A stretch of DNA of 63,709 nucleotides, the filler included, from Octopus bimaculoides (Eukaryota): the NCBI RefSeq assembly GCF_001194135.2. It is 6 parts of 6 records of this genome, joined end to end, with 100 filler letters (N's around TTAATTAATTAA, not from the genome) between each part and the next. Parts side by side here need not be neighbours in the genome. Positions count along the whole stretch, not along the records: positions 25,819 to 29,719 come from NW_026407380.1; positions 29,820 to 33,601 come from NC_069003.1; positions 33,702 to 38,205 come from NC_068996.1; positions 38,306 to 51,698 come from NC_069001.1; 2 more parts are not named here. One strand, given 5' to 3'. Below are positions 27,286-39,747 of this stretch, in pieces; position 1 is the stretch's first letter; each line of letters opens with the position of its first letter. The position numbers were made by a program, and so were the translations under genes. The notes beneath the pieces are model-generated. The model saw nothing but the letters and a program-made list of their open reading frames with translations, had not been told where the DNA came from and ran no database searches.

Positions 27286-27304
27286 CGAAACATGTGTCAG
27301 ACAA
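27286..27304 (+). ncRNA. 3' half of a hammerhead motif downstream of the PLE ORF
   Basis: cGAAAC-ATGT-GTC-agac; parallels cGAAAC-ATAT-GTC-ggaag behind the other Hydra-like copy; CUGANGA half not recognisable. Confidence 0.4.
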
Positions 27305-27816
27305 CTACTATGACTAAATCAAGCGGAAGTCTGAATGTTCAATTTCTTCGGTCTTCTTCTTATTACTTTTCTGATTTTACACTCTAAGCAACCAGGAAAT
27401 AAACTGTAACATTGGATGGTAGTTTTTAGGAATACTCCTTAAAACGGACCATCGGAAGAAACCGGCCTTGGCACTTCACCTAGAGTAACGCGTTATCTGC
27501 CTGGATATTCATATCCCTCCTCTTACTATCTATATATCTCTCTCTCTATATGTATAGTATATTCACGTACACTTAAAGGGTTCTATCGGCATATGTAGTT
27601 ATATACGTATGCATATGTGTATGCATGTTTAAGCATATGTATGTACATATATACATGTGAGTCTGTGTGCATGTACTTATATGTATGCATATATATGTTA
27701 TGCATGTATTACGTAAGCATGTAGGTATGTACGTATGTGTGTATTTATTTATGTTTATAAACATACATATGTTTGTAAAAATGTATATATAGCACTATCT
27801 CTGTTTCTCACTCTAT

Positions 27817-27890
<74 letters not shown>

Positions 27891-28867
27891 NNNNNNNNNN
27901 NNNNNNNNNNNNNNNNNNNNNNNNNNNNNNNNNNNNNNNNNNNNNNNNNNNNNNNNNNNNNNNNNNNNNNNNNNNNNNNNNNNNNNNNNNNNNNNNNNNN
28001 NNNNNNNNNNNNNNNNNNNNNNNNNNNNNNNNNNNNNNNNNNNNNNNNNNNNNNNNNNNNNNNNNNNNNNNNNNNNNNNNNNNNNNNNNNNNNNNNNNNN
28101 NNNNNNNNNNNNNNNNNNNNNNNNNNNNNNNNNNNNNNNNNNNNNNNNNNNNNNNNNNNNNNNNNNNNNNNNNNNNNNNNNNNNNNNNNNNNNNNNNNNN
28201 NNNNNNNNNNNNNNNNNNNNNNNNNNNNNNNNNNNNNNNNNNNNNNNNNNNNNNNNNNNNNNNNNNNNNNNNNNNNNNNNNNNNNNNNNNNNNNNNNNNN
28301 NNNNNNNNNNNNNNNNNNNNNNNNNNNNNNNNNNNNNNNNNNNNNNNNNNNNNNNNNNNNNNNNNNNNNNNNNNNNNNNNNNNNNNNNNNNNNNNNNNNN
28401 NNNNNNNNNNNNNNNNNNNNNNNNNNNNNNNNNNNNNNNNNNNNNNNNNNNNNNNNNNNNNNNNNNNNNNNNNNNNNNNNNNNNNNNNNNNNNNNNNNNN
28501 NNNNNNNNNNNNNNNNNNNNNNNNNNNNNNNNNNNNNNNNNNNNNNNNNNNNNNNNNNNNNNNNNNNNNNNNNNNNNNNNNNNNNNNNNNNNNNNNNNNN
28601 NNNNNNNNNNNNNNNNNNNNNNNNNNNNNNNNNNNNNNNNNNNNNNNNNNNNNNNNNNNNNNNNNNNNNNNNNNNNNNNNNNNNNNNNNNNNNNNNNNNN
28701 NNNNNNNNNNNNNNNNNNNNNNNNNNNNNNNNNNNNNNNNNNNNNNNNNNNNNNNNNNNNNNNNNNNNNNNNNNNNNNNNNNNNNNNNNNNNNNNNNNNN
28801 NNNNNNNNNNNNNNNNNNNNNNNNNNNNNNNNNNNNNNNNNNNNNNNNNNNNNNNNNNNNNNNNNNN

Positions 28868-28944
<77 letters not shown>

Positions 28945-29099
28945 CGAGAGAGAGAGAGATAGAGTCAGTAAAAGTTATAGAAACGTGGGATGTGGGAGGA
29001 AACAAAAAGAAAGTGTGATACAGAAATAAAACGTAAAAACGTATGTGATATAAAAAGAAAAGAGAAAATAACAGAGAAAAAATAAACACACCAAAAATA

Positions 29100-29178
29100 T
29101 TTATGACGATGATAATATCGATGTCAGCACCAACAAGAACAACAACAGCAATAATATTAATGATGATGATGATGAAGA

Positions 29179-29217
<39 letters not shown>

Positions 29218-29278
29218 CAGTAGTAGTAGTAGTAGCAGCACTAGTAGTAGTAGTAGTAGCAGCACTACTAGTAGTAGT

Positions 29279-29316
<38 letters not shown>

Positions 29317-29325
29317 TGAAATAAG
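29100..29325. repeat. Compound trinucleotide microsatellite (GAT)n/(GTA)n/(GCA)n
   Basis: Direct reading. Confidence 0.95.
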
Positions 29326-29719
29326 GAAATGAAGGGAAAAAAACCATGCTAGGAAATTAAATTAATGTCTGCTTAAACTAGGACTTCTGATTTTGCTATC
29401 GAATTTCTAGCATTAATGACTGCCTGGCAGCATCGTAGCTTCCCGTACAGCCAACCTTGTTTAGCACCTCATCCGACTGTGCTTCACCATTCCGTCGTCG
29501 CCAACACCATACTTCCCACCAATTTGTAGACTGACAGTCGCTCAGCAAGAATATTTTCACCATTTATGCACACGCACGTACACACATATACACACATACA
29601 TACATACATATAATACATATAAGCATTCATACATTAATATGTAGGTATGTATGTATATATATATAAATATATAGGGATTTATATATGTATACAAATATAT
29701 ATATATATATATATATATA

Positions 29720-29819
29720 NNNNNNNNNNNNNNNNNNNNNNNNNNNNNNNNNNNNNNNNNNNNTTAATTAATTAANNNNNNNNNNNNNNNNNNNNNNNNN
29801 NNNNNNNNNNNNNNNNNNN
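29720..29819. other. Artificial scaffold joint 2
   Basis: 44N + TTAATTAATTAA (29764-29775) + 44N. Confidence 0.98.
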
Positions 29820-31380
29820 AGAGATAACATAACGAGTTATACAATTTAATTATTACATTTATTGTTCAATTACATACAAAGAACGCACTCACCCAATGTT
29901 CGTTATGAATAAACAAAAGTCATGTCCGCCATATATATATCAATGACATTTTACTACGACAGTCCCACAAGACAACAATAATGAAACAATGAACTCAGAC
30001 GAACCACATGACACACGGAACGTCAGACGAATTACATATCTAACAGTCCATATAACAAGAAGGATTGCATCGTTCGTTATCACATACTTTTGTCGCATTT
30101 CATTGTCTTTTCCTTCTCTTTCTTCCCATCTTTATCTAAACCCCAACACGTCTTTTAGTTCTTGTAACGTCTTCTTCGTCTATGCCCTGAAATAGTTATC
30201 AAGATCGTCGTCGTTGTTGTTGTCGTATGATTTGGTAGCTATTTCTAGCCGGTAATACAACCACATAGAGACTCATTCGTTCAGTTAATCTCATTTCTGA
30301 TGAATATATTGGAATGAAAGGTTAGGGTTAGGGTTTGGAAATCCGAAGGGTAAAATGGAGGGATGAACGACTGAGATGGTAAAGATGGTAAAGAATGGAA
30401 AATGAAAGGAATGAATAGTTGTTGNNNNNNNNNNNNNNNNNNNNNNNNNNNNNNNNNNNNNNNNNNNNNNNNNNNNNNNNNNNNNNNNNNNNNNNNNNNN
30501 NNNNNNNNNNNNNNNNNNNNNNNNNNNNNNNNNNNNNNNNNNNNNNNNNNNNNNNNNNNNNNNNNNNNNNNNNNNNNNNNNNNNNNNNNNNNNNNNNNNN
30601 NNNNNNNNNNNNNNNNNNNNNNNNNNNNNNNNNNNNNNNNNNNNNNNNNNNNNNNNNNNNNNNNNNNNNNNNNNNNNNNNNNNNNNNNNNNNNNNNNNNN
30701 NNNNNNNNNNNNNNNNNNNNNNNNNNNNNNNNNNNNNNNNNNNNNNNNNNNNNNNNNNNNNNNNNNNNNNNNNNNNNNNNNNNNNNNNNNNNNNNNNNNN
30801 NNNNNNNNNNNNNNNNNNNNNNNNNNNNNNNNNNNNNNNNNNNNNNNNNNNNNNNNNNNNNNNNNNNNNNNNNNNNNNNNNNNNNNNNNNNNNNNNNNNN
30901 NNNNNNNNNNNNNNNNNNNNNNNNNNNNNNNNNNNNNNNNNNNNNNNNNNNNNNNNNNNNNNNNNNNNNNNNNNNNNNNNNNNNNNNNNNNNNNNNNNNN
31001 NNNNNNNNNNNNNNNNNNNNNNNNNNNNNNNNNNNNNNNNNNNNNNNNNNNNNNNNNNNNNNNNNNNNNNNNNNNNNNNNNNNNNNNNNNNNNNNNNNNN
31101 NNNNNNNNNNNNNNNNNNNNNNNNNNNNNNNNNNNNNNNNNNNNNNNNNNNNNNNNNNNNNNNNNNNNNNNNNNNNNNNNNNNNNNNNNNNNNNNNNNNN
31201 NNNNNNNNNNNNNNNNNNNNNNNNNNNNNNNNNNNNNNNNNNNNNNNNNNNNNNNNNNNNNNNNNNNNNNNNNNNAATCTAGTTCTGTTCCCTTTTTTTT
31301 CTGGAATAAAGATAACAGTCTGTTTTCCATCAGCAGATCTGTCTTTACGTCATTCAACAGCTGGAGAGATCGTGGCTACT

Positions 31381-31424
<44 letters not shown>

Positions 31425-32827
31425 TGCATATATTTGTGTATGTATATATTTTTGAGTGAGTGTATTCATCTATTTATAGATGTGTGTATATATGTATGTG
31501 TGAATGCATGAACACATGTATACATACATGTATGTATGTGTGTACGTATGTACCGTTCATCACCATGATCATCATCAACACCAGCATCATCATCGTCAGT
31601 ATCATCTTCATCACCACCACCACCACCACCACGAACATCATCCTCACCATCACTATCGCCATCACAATAGACAGACCTATTTATCAACAAATTCTCCACC
31701 CCTTCAACCTCCCCCCACCTCCTACATAACCATCGTGAAACGCTCCAAATATTGCCTAAACTCAGCGTCGTTTCATTCACCTGACCTACTCCAGACCTTA
31801 CAGAACACCAGTTTTACTAGTGTATACCACATGCCTCTAGCACACTATAACCCCATCAAACACACACACACACACACACGCACACAATTCCAATATATGT
31901 AGAATCAACAAAAAAGCACTTCATCAAGTGAGAGATATCATTTTTATACACATACCGAAAGTACTGCTAATGCATGACGTATTTTATAAATATACTTATT
32001 TAAAGCATCATAAAATTACCCCACATTCACCTCACACTAAATATTTTAAATGACTTGAGATACTTGTATTGCCTTGGCTTTTGTTGTCCTTTTTTCCTCT
32101 TATATATNNNNNNNNNNNNNNNNNNNNNNNNNNNNNNNNNNNNNNNNNNNNNNNNNNNNNNNNNNNNNNNNNNNNNNNNNNNNNNNNNNNNNNNNNNNNN
32201 NNNNNNNNNNNNNNNNNNNNNNNNNNNNNNNNNNNNNNNNNNNNNNNNNNNNNNNNNNNNNNNNNNNNNNNNNNNNNNNNNNNNNNNNNNNNNNNNNNNN
32301 NNNNNNNNNNNNNNNNNNNNNNNNNNNNNNNNNNNNNNNNNNNNNNNNNNNNNNNNNNNNNNNNNNNNNNNNNNNNNNNNNNNNNNNNNNNNNNNNNNNN
32401 NNNNNNNNNNNNNNNNNNNNNNNNNNNNNNNNNNNNNNNNNNNNNNNNNNNNNNNNNNNNNNNNNNNNNNNNNNNNNNNNNNNNNNNNNNNNNNNNNNNN
32501 NNNNNNNNNNNNNNNNNNNNNNNNNNNNNNNNNNNNNNNNNNNNNNNNNNNNNNNNNNNNNNNNNNNNNNNNNNNNNNNNNNNNNNNNNNNNNNNNNNNN
32601 NNNNNNNNNNNNNNNNNNNNNNNNNNNNNNNNNNNNNNNNNNNNNNNNNNNNNNNNNNNNNNNNNNNNNNNNNNNNNNNNNNNNNNNNNNNNNNNNNNNN
32701 NNNNNNNNNNNNNNNNNNNNNNNNNNNNNNNNNNNNNNNNNNNNNNNNNNNNNNNNNNNNNNNNNNNNNNNNNNNNNNNNNNNNNNNNNNNNNNNNNNNN
32801 NNNNNNNNNNNNNNNNNNNNNNNNNNN

Positions 32828-33020
32828 CACACATATATATATACATATACATATATACGACGGGCTTCCTTCAGTTTCCGCCTACCAAATCCACTCACAA
32901 GGCTTTGGTCGGCCCGAGGCTATAGTAGAAGACACTTGCCCAAGGTGCCACGCAGTGGGACTGAACCCGGAACCATATGATTGGTAAGCAAGCCACTTAC
33001 CACACAGGCACTCCTGCGCC

Positions 33021-33021
<1 letters not shown>
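32828..33021 (-). mobile_element. SINE family A, 5' half with intact head
   Basis: Minus strand begins aggcgcaggagtgcctgtgtggtaag..ggttccgggttcagtcccactgcgtggcacc. Confidence 0.93.
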
Positions 33022-33062
<41 letters not shown>

Positions 33063-33479
33063 AACACTCACAAGCGTGATCTCCAGCTATCCTCTTCTTA
33101 ACATCGACACCATCTCACGATGCAACACAACTACCGCAATTGCCTCATTAATGTAATCTAATCTTGTGTGTGTGTGTGTGTATCGCTAATAGACCATCTG
33201 CACCATCACCATCATAATTACTAGCATCATCATCATTAGCATCGTTTTCATCACCATCATTACCATCACCAACATCAAATCTTCCCTCTCCTGCTAATGC
33301 CAAATGCCTTTTGTCTGCAAGTGTTATCGTTTAATGGCTGATTTCCGGTGCATTAATACCGATACGTTTACTCCTCTATACCACCACCTGCATTTGCATG
33401 AGTATCATCATCACCACCACCACCACCACCACCACCACTTATACTACTTATACTATCGGCTGACACTTTAAGTACTAGG

Positions 33480-33601
33480 GTTAACCCTTCCATAGGCTTC
33501 AAATTTTGGGGAGGAATTTGCCTCTACCATCGACACGTCAGTATTTAGCTGGTATTTCATTTTATCAATCCCCGAAGCGGAAAAGTAAAGTTGGCCTTGT
33601 T
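33480..33601 (-). mobile_element. SINE family C, 3' fragment truncated by the scaffold end
   Basis: ggcttcaaattttgggga..catcgacac..ggtatttcattttatcaatccccgaagc..aaagtaaagttggcct. Confidence 0.6.
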
Positions 33602-33701
33602 NNNNNNNNNNNNNNNNNNNNNNNNNNNNNNNNNNNNNNNNNNNNTTAATTAATTAANNNNNNNNNNNNNNNNNNNNNNNNNNNNNNNNNNNNNNNNNNN
33701 N
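33602..33701. other. Artificial scaffold joint 3
   Basis: 44N + TTAATTAATTAA (33646-33657) + 44N. Confidence 0.98.
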
Positions 33702-33705
33702 TATG

Positions 33706-33739
<34 letters not shown>

Positions 33740-35062
33740 CAGACAGAGAGACAGAGACAGACAGAGAGACAGAGAGAAACACACACACATATAAACCTGT
33801 ATATGTATGTGTGTGCTAGTGTGTGCATCCCTTGAACTAAATGAGTGCCCCTGTCCCCCTTTACCTCTTTTGCTAACGCTGAACTTACAGTATGAGCTTA
33901 TTCTCTGGTTGAACATTATACGTATATATTTATAGGTATGCATATGAATGTGCGTGTGTGAATGTATGTCTGTATGTGTGCGTGCATGTGCGTGCGTGCG
34001 TGTGCGCGCATGTGTCTATGCATGTAAGTTACTAAGTATGATTTGGTGCTCCAATTAATATTAACTGGAACACCATAACAGCGAATGGATTTAATTTGTA
34101 AACTGAATACCAGTTATATTTAATAGACTTACATTTATTCCTGCTGTGAAGATAGTCAAAGTGGCACTTACAGAACTCTCAAAAAGCTCAGTGAAAAAGA
34201 AAAAGGAAATCAACTAATGGATTAATTCCAGCTCCCGTTCAAACCATTTTAGGAATTGGGTATGATTGCCCCTGCATGTTAAAAAATAGATGTAATGAGA
34301 AAAATTTTACGGAAAATGCGCCTGCATTACACCCAACATTATTTATATATTAGTGCAAAAGCTCGACCGTGCATAAAGTTTGTGCATACGTATATATATA
34401 CAGATATATATATATATATATATANNNNNNNNNNNNNNNNNNNNNNNNNNNNNNNNNNNNNNNNNNNNNNNNNNNNNNNNNNNNNNNNNNNNNNNNNNNN
34501 NNNNNNNNNNNNNNNNNNNNNNNNNNNNNNNNNNNNNNNNNNNNNNNNNNNNNNNNNNNNNNNNNNNNNNNNNNNNNNNNNNNNNNNNNNNNNNNNNNNN
34601 NNNNNNNNNNNNNNNNNNNNNNNNNNNNNNNNNNNNNNNNNNNNNNNNNNNNNNNNNNNNNNNNNNNNNNNNNNNNNNNNNNNNNNNNNNNNNNNNNNNN
34701 NNNNNNNNNNNNNNNNNNNNNNNNNNNNNNNNNNNNNNNNNNNNNNNNNNNNNNNNNNNNNNNNNNNNNNNNNNNNNNNNNNNNNNNNNNNNNNNNNNNN
34801 NNNNNNNNNNNNNNNNNNNNNNNNNNNNNNNNNNNNNNNNNNNNNNNNNNNNNNNNNNNNNNNNNNNNNNNNNNNNNNNNNNNNNNNNNNNNNNNNNNNN
34901 NNNNNNNNNNNNNNNNNNNNNNNNNNNNNNNNNNNNNNNNNNNNNNNNNNNNNNNNNNNNNNNNNNNNNNNNNNNNNNNNNNNNNNNNNNNNNNNNNNNN
35001 NNNNNNNNAAGATATGTGCGTATAGAATAAAATATCCAAATTCTATATATTTTTTCACAACA

Positions 35063-35123
35063 ATAGGTGCAGGCGTAGCTATGGGGTTAAAAAGTTTGGT
35101 TTCCAGCCACATGGTTTCGGATA

Positions 35124-35160
<37 letters not shown>

Positions 35161-35740
35161 GGCGCATGACTGTGAGGTTGAGTTCGATCCCCAGACCGGA
35201 CAGTGTGTTTTGTTCTTGAGTAAAGCACTGTATTTCACGTTGCTCCAGTTCACCCAGCTGCGACGTCATTGGTGCCAGACTGTCTCGGCCTTTGCCTTTC
35301 CCTTGAATAACATTGGTGGCGTAGAGAGAGGAGGCTGGTATTCCTAGGCGACTGCTGGTCTTCCATAAAAACAACCCTATGTTGTGTGTTCGCCGGTGAG
35401 GCAACTTTCCGCCCAAACTTGTATCCCGGCGGGGAACCTCTTATGAGTACTCATGGCCATTCGTGACCGACGGAGTCTAGTTATATATATATGTGTATGT
35501 TTGTATGTATCTGTGTGTGCATGTGTCTGTATGTGTTTATGTGGCTCTCTGTGTGTCTGTGTGTCTCACCACCGCTTGACAACCGGCATTGGTGTGTTTA
35601 CTTCCCCGCAACTTAGCGACCAAAGAAACCGATAGAATAAGTACCAAGCTTTAAGGGCCTTGGGTTGATTTGTTCGCCTAATACTCTTCAGTTGGTGTCG
35701 CAGCATGACCGCAATCCAATGGCTGAATCAGGTAAAAAGT
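35063..35740 (+). mobile_element. SINE family A remnants (head 35063-35127, tail 35480-35740) surrounding a family B SINE
   Basis: ggtgcaggcgtagctatggggttaaaaag..ccacatggtttcgg head; tail ccaccgcttgacaaccggcattggtgtgtttac..cagcatgaccgca. Confidence 0.75.
35159..35472 (+). mobile_element. SINE family B, near full length
   Basis: aaggcgcat..gagttcgatcccc (B-box)..cttgagtaaagcactgtatttcacgttgctccagttcac..catggccattcgtgaccgacggag. Confidence 0.8.
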
Positions 35741-36399
35741 AGAGGAAAGCAATATTTTATTTGATATTTCTTAATGAAAACGTGTCTCAAAGTTTGAAAG
35801 ACGAAGATACTCTGATGAGCAAAAGATCTACTGGACTTTCTGAGAGACAGGTAGCAGGCGACTGCGTACCAGCCAAATCTCGCTGCCACCGTATATAATA
35901 GAATTTCAGCGCCTTTTTAGTCACTGAGATTGTAAATAGCCAGTAGTACTCGCGTTTTAACAAAGCATCCAAGTTAATTTGAATAAAGAGATTGTCGTTT
36001 GATCCAAAAATTGCTTCTGTCGATAATAATTATTTTTCATTAGCCTGCTCGTTATTTGCAGCATCAGTTTCTTTTCAGTCACTGGAATTTCATATATTAA
36101 GGGAGCAATATTCAGCTGGCATGCGGCCGACGCACACCTGACACTGAGGAAGTCCAGTTGATTAAAATCACGTGATCTGGCAGTTCAGGCACCAGTAACA
36201 CATGATTCTCATCTTCTCTGATCTGTGTTTGCTTTTAATTACAACGCGCCTATATGAGAGGATGTCTCAAGGCTGATAACGCAGTATTCGTTGTTCTAAC
36301 AAGACATTCACGTTAAGTCGGATATAAATATTGCCTTTCAGTACTAATACTGGTTTTGTCACTTATAATATTCTCTATCTATCAATCTATCAATCTCTA

Positions 36400-37630
36400 C
36401 ATACTTACATGCATACATACATACATGCACACGACATACATAGATATTTATATGCATACATACATACACACACGGACACACATACACGCACATACATGCA
36501 TGCATACATACACACAAACAAACAAAAACATACATTCAAGGACACACACACATACATACTTGCAGACATACCTACATACATACATTCATACATATATACA
36601 TACATACTTACATGCGCACAACCTACATACTTATATGAATGCATACATACACGGACACACATACACGCACATACATACATACATGCATGCGTACATTCAT
36701 ACACACGCGCAAACATATATACATACATTCATGGACATACCCACATACATACATACATACATACATACATACACACACACATACATACATACATACATAC
36801 ATACATACATACATACATGCATACAGATATACACACACACATTCATACATACATATATACATACCCACACACATACATACATATATACATACACACACAT
36901 ACAAACACACGCATACACACTCACATACATACATACCTACATACATACATACATGCATGCATACATACATACATATATACACACACATACACACACACAT
37001 ACACACATACATACATACACACACACATACATACATACATACATACATACATACATACATACATACATACTTATAAATTNNNNNNNNNNNNNNNNNNNNN
37101 NNNNNNNNNNNNNNNNNNNNNNNNNNNNNNNNNNNNNNNNNNNNNNNNNNNNNNNNNNNNNNNNNNNNNNNNNNNNNNNNNNNNNNNNNNNNNNNNNNNN
37201 NNNNNNNNNNNNNNNNNNNNNNNNNNNNNNNNNNNNNNNNNNNNNNNNNNNNNNNNNNNNNNNNNNNNNNNNNNNNNNNNNNNNNNNNNNNNNNNNNNNN
37301 NNNNNNNNNNNNNNNNNNNNNNNNNNNNNNNNNNNNNNNNNNNNNNNCATACATACATACATACATACATGCATACATATATACACACACACATTCATAC
37401 ATACATATATACATACCCACACACATACATACATATATACATACACACACATACATACACACGCATACACACTCACATACATACATACCTACATACATAC
37501 ATACATGCATGCATACATACATACATATATACACACACATACACACACACATACACACATACATACATACACACACACATACATACATACATACATACAT
37601 ACATACATACATACATACATACTTATAAAT
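36400..37630. repeat. Degenerate (ACAT)n/(AC)n array; ~280 bp repeated on both sides of the gap
   Basis: 36790-37079 and 37348-37630 are near identical, both ending acatacatacttataaatt. Confidence 0.9.
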
Positions 37631-38205
37631 TGGTACTAACGTGGCGTACATATTAAATCATTATGGCACAGCCATATATATCTTTGCTTTGAGTTTGAGC
37701 AGTTGTTGTAGACGTATTGGCAAAAAATATTATTAGAAATACGTTCATCTGGAATTAATCAAACACGTGGGATAGACATTCACCTGAAACCTATCAAAGA
37801 TATCGGATTACTTAACGATACAAACACTATAGACCAGGTTGTGAGAAATAGTCTCTTAGTGTGCAGCTTTGTGGGCGTCATGGATGTAAGGAAGAGAGAT
37901 AATTACTTTTTATGAGTGACAACGTAAAGCTCATATATACTTACAAACACATGCACTCAAACACCCGCACATACACATACGCACAGCATTTTATATAGCT
38001 CAGCCCCGCCATGAAGGGTTTCGTCGACCAGATCGAACTCATTACATATTTCTTAATGTCTTTCACTTATTCTATCGAATTCTGCTTGGCTACATTGCTA
38101 AATTGTTCCAACGTAAATAAACAAGCACTCTTGCTAAATCGTGTTACAGAGAAAGACAACCACATGAACAATATGTGACATCGAATACACACACACACAC
38201 ACACA

Positions 38206-38305
38206 NNNNNNNNNNNNNNNNNNNNNNNNNNNNNNNNNNNNNNNNNNNNTTAATTAATTAANNNNNNNNNNNNNNNNNNNNNNNNNNNNNNNNNNNNNNN
38301 NNNNN
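38206..38305. other. Artificial scaffold joint 4
   Basis: 44N + TTAATTAATTAA (38250-38261) + 44N. Confidence 0.98.
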
Positions 38306-38429
38306 ATACATATATATATACATATATATACATATATATATACATATATATACATATATATACATATATATATACATATATATACATATATATATACATA
38401 TATATACATACATACATATATATATACAT

Positions 38430-38462
<33 letters not shown>

Positions 38463-38512
38463 CATACATACATACATATATATACATACATACATACATA
38501 TATATACATACA

Positions 38513-38546
<34 letters not shown>

Positions 38547-38557
38547 CATACATATAT

Positions 38558-38752
38558 ATTCTTTTATTCTTTTACTTGTTACTGTTACTAGTTTTATTCA
38601 TTTTGACTGCGGCCATTCTGAAGCACTGCCTTTAGTCGAAGAAATCGACGATAGGACATATTTGTAAGCCTAGAAATTATTCTATCGGTTTCTTTGCCGA
38701 ACCCTACTTCAGTTGTCAAGAGATGGTGGGCGAGAGGTCGAACACAGCATAC
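38558..38752 (-). mobile_element. SINE family A, 3' half with internal deletion
   Basis: ttcttttattcttttacttgtt..gactgcggccattctgaagcactgcctttagtcga..tctttgccgaacc. Confidence 0.85.
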
Positions 38753-38859
38753 AAATACATACATACATACATACATGTAATTGTTCAACAGGATGTCAAA
38801 ATTAAGGCAAGGCAAACATCTCAAGTCATATACAATATTATTACGGGAAGAAATTCAAA

Positions 38860-38915
38860 GTCTTACAGCTGTTTCTGGAATATCTCCGAGTATGAGATAT
38901 TCCGTCATCAGAGAC
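38860..38915 (-). ncRNA. Type-I hammerhead ribozyme, essentially intact, inside a ~190-bp pLTR-like segment (~38775-38960)
   Basis: Minus strand: gtct-CTGATGA-c-ggaatatctc(atactcg)gagatattcc-a-GAAAC-AGCT-GT-A-agac. Helix I 4 bp, helix II 10 bp perfect, palindromic helix III ACAGCTGT, GUA cleavage triplet. Confidence 0.85.
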
Positions 38916-39045
38916 AAATTGGGGATAAATATGGAATATCCGAATGGTATATATCAATAAGATGACAACAGAGAGAAAGGGAGTAGGAGTAAAAGAATAA
39001 GGAGATGGAAAGAGAGAAGAAAAAAGAAGCATAAAAGTTCATAGT

Positions 39046-39196
39046 TTAACTTTCCGAAGTTATAGAGACAAGAGCGTGAGTCCTTAGATGCAATCCTGCA
39101 TAGATCCATGAGTGTACGTCTTTAGATGAAATTCTGCGTATAGCCATGTGGGTTAAAGTCCTGTTCAGGGATGATGCATTGTTAATTACAACCGGC
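39046..39196 (-). CDS. Candidate terminal exon C of an unidentified gene
   Basis: Strong acceptor ttttttttctcattcatgtttcgttag|G; only one frame open (phase 2): PVVINNASSLNRTLTHMAIRRISSKDVHSWIYAGLHLRTHALVSITSES*. Confidence 0.35.
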
Positions 39197-39291
39197 CTAA
39201 CGAAACATGAATGAGAAAAAAAACTAGAAAACTGCATGTAACTGGAAAGCAACCTGGGTCCTTCGTAGTTTCCATCAACTAACTTCACTGA

Positions 39292-39415
39292 ACGGGGCTA
39301 TAGTAAACCGCAGTATATGAATACGTGCTCCCAGTGCTGTGCAAGGGAATTGATCCTGCAAGAATGAGGTTGCAAACCGAGTTTTTTTTTAACCAGGCAG
39401 CCATGCTTGCGCTTG
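39292..39415 (-). mobile_element. Decayed SINE family A head
   Basis: gggctatagtaaa..gtgctcccagtgctgtgcaagggaattgatcc..ttaaccaggcagccatgcttgcgc. Confidence 0.5.
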
Positions 39416-39747
39416 GTAGTTTCTTTATAAATGTTATAGTTTCATTTACTTTTGGAAAATTTTATATATTGTTTATTATTTGCATTGCTTTTCGTTAAGC
39501 TATCAAGATGAGTAGGTACAACGCCAAGGGAATAGAATTTATATTATCTTAATTGTACAAATTACATTTACTGCAGAGGTTGAGATGACGATTGTTCACG
39601 TGGAGAAATTATAAATCTCTATCCGATAACCATCTATTCATCTACCAATCTCCCTCTATATATTTAACTACATCTATTTGTTCCTGCATGTATCATTTTA
39701 TGTATTTATTTATCTTTCTATCTACCTATCTGTCTATCTATGTATTA

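Noticed and set aside
30319-30336. Telomere-like ggttagggttagggttt
   Set aside because: Only two TTAGGG units in a purine-rich tract, compatible with chance
36143-36170. CTGAGGAAGTC..GATTAAAA hammerhead look-alike
   Set aside because: GAAA is absent and there is no helix III
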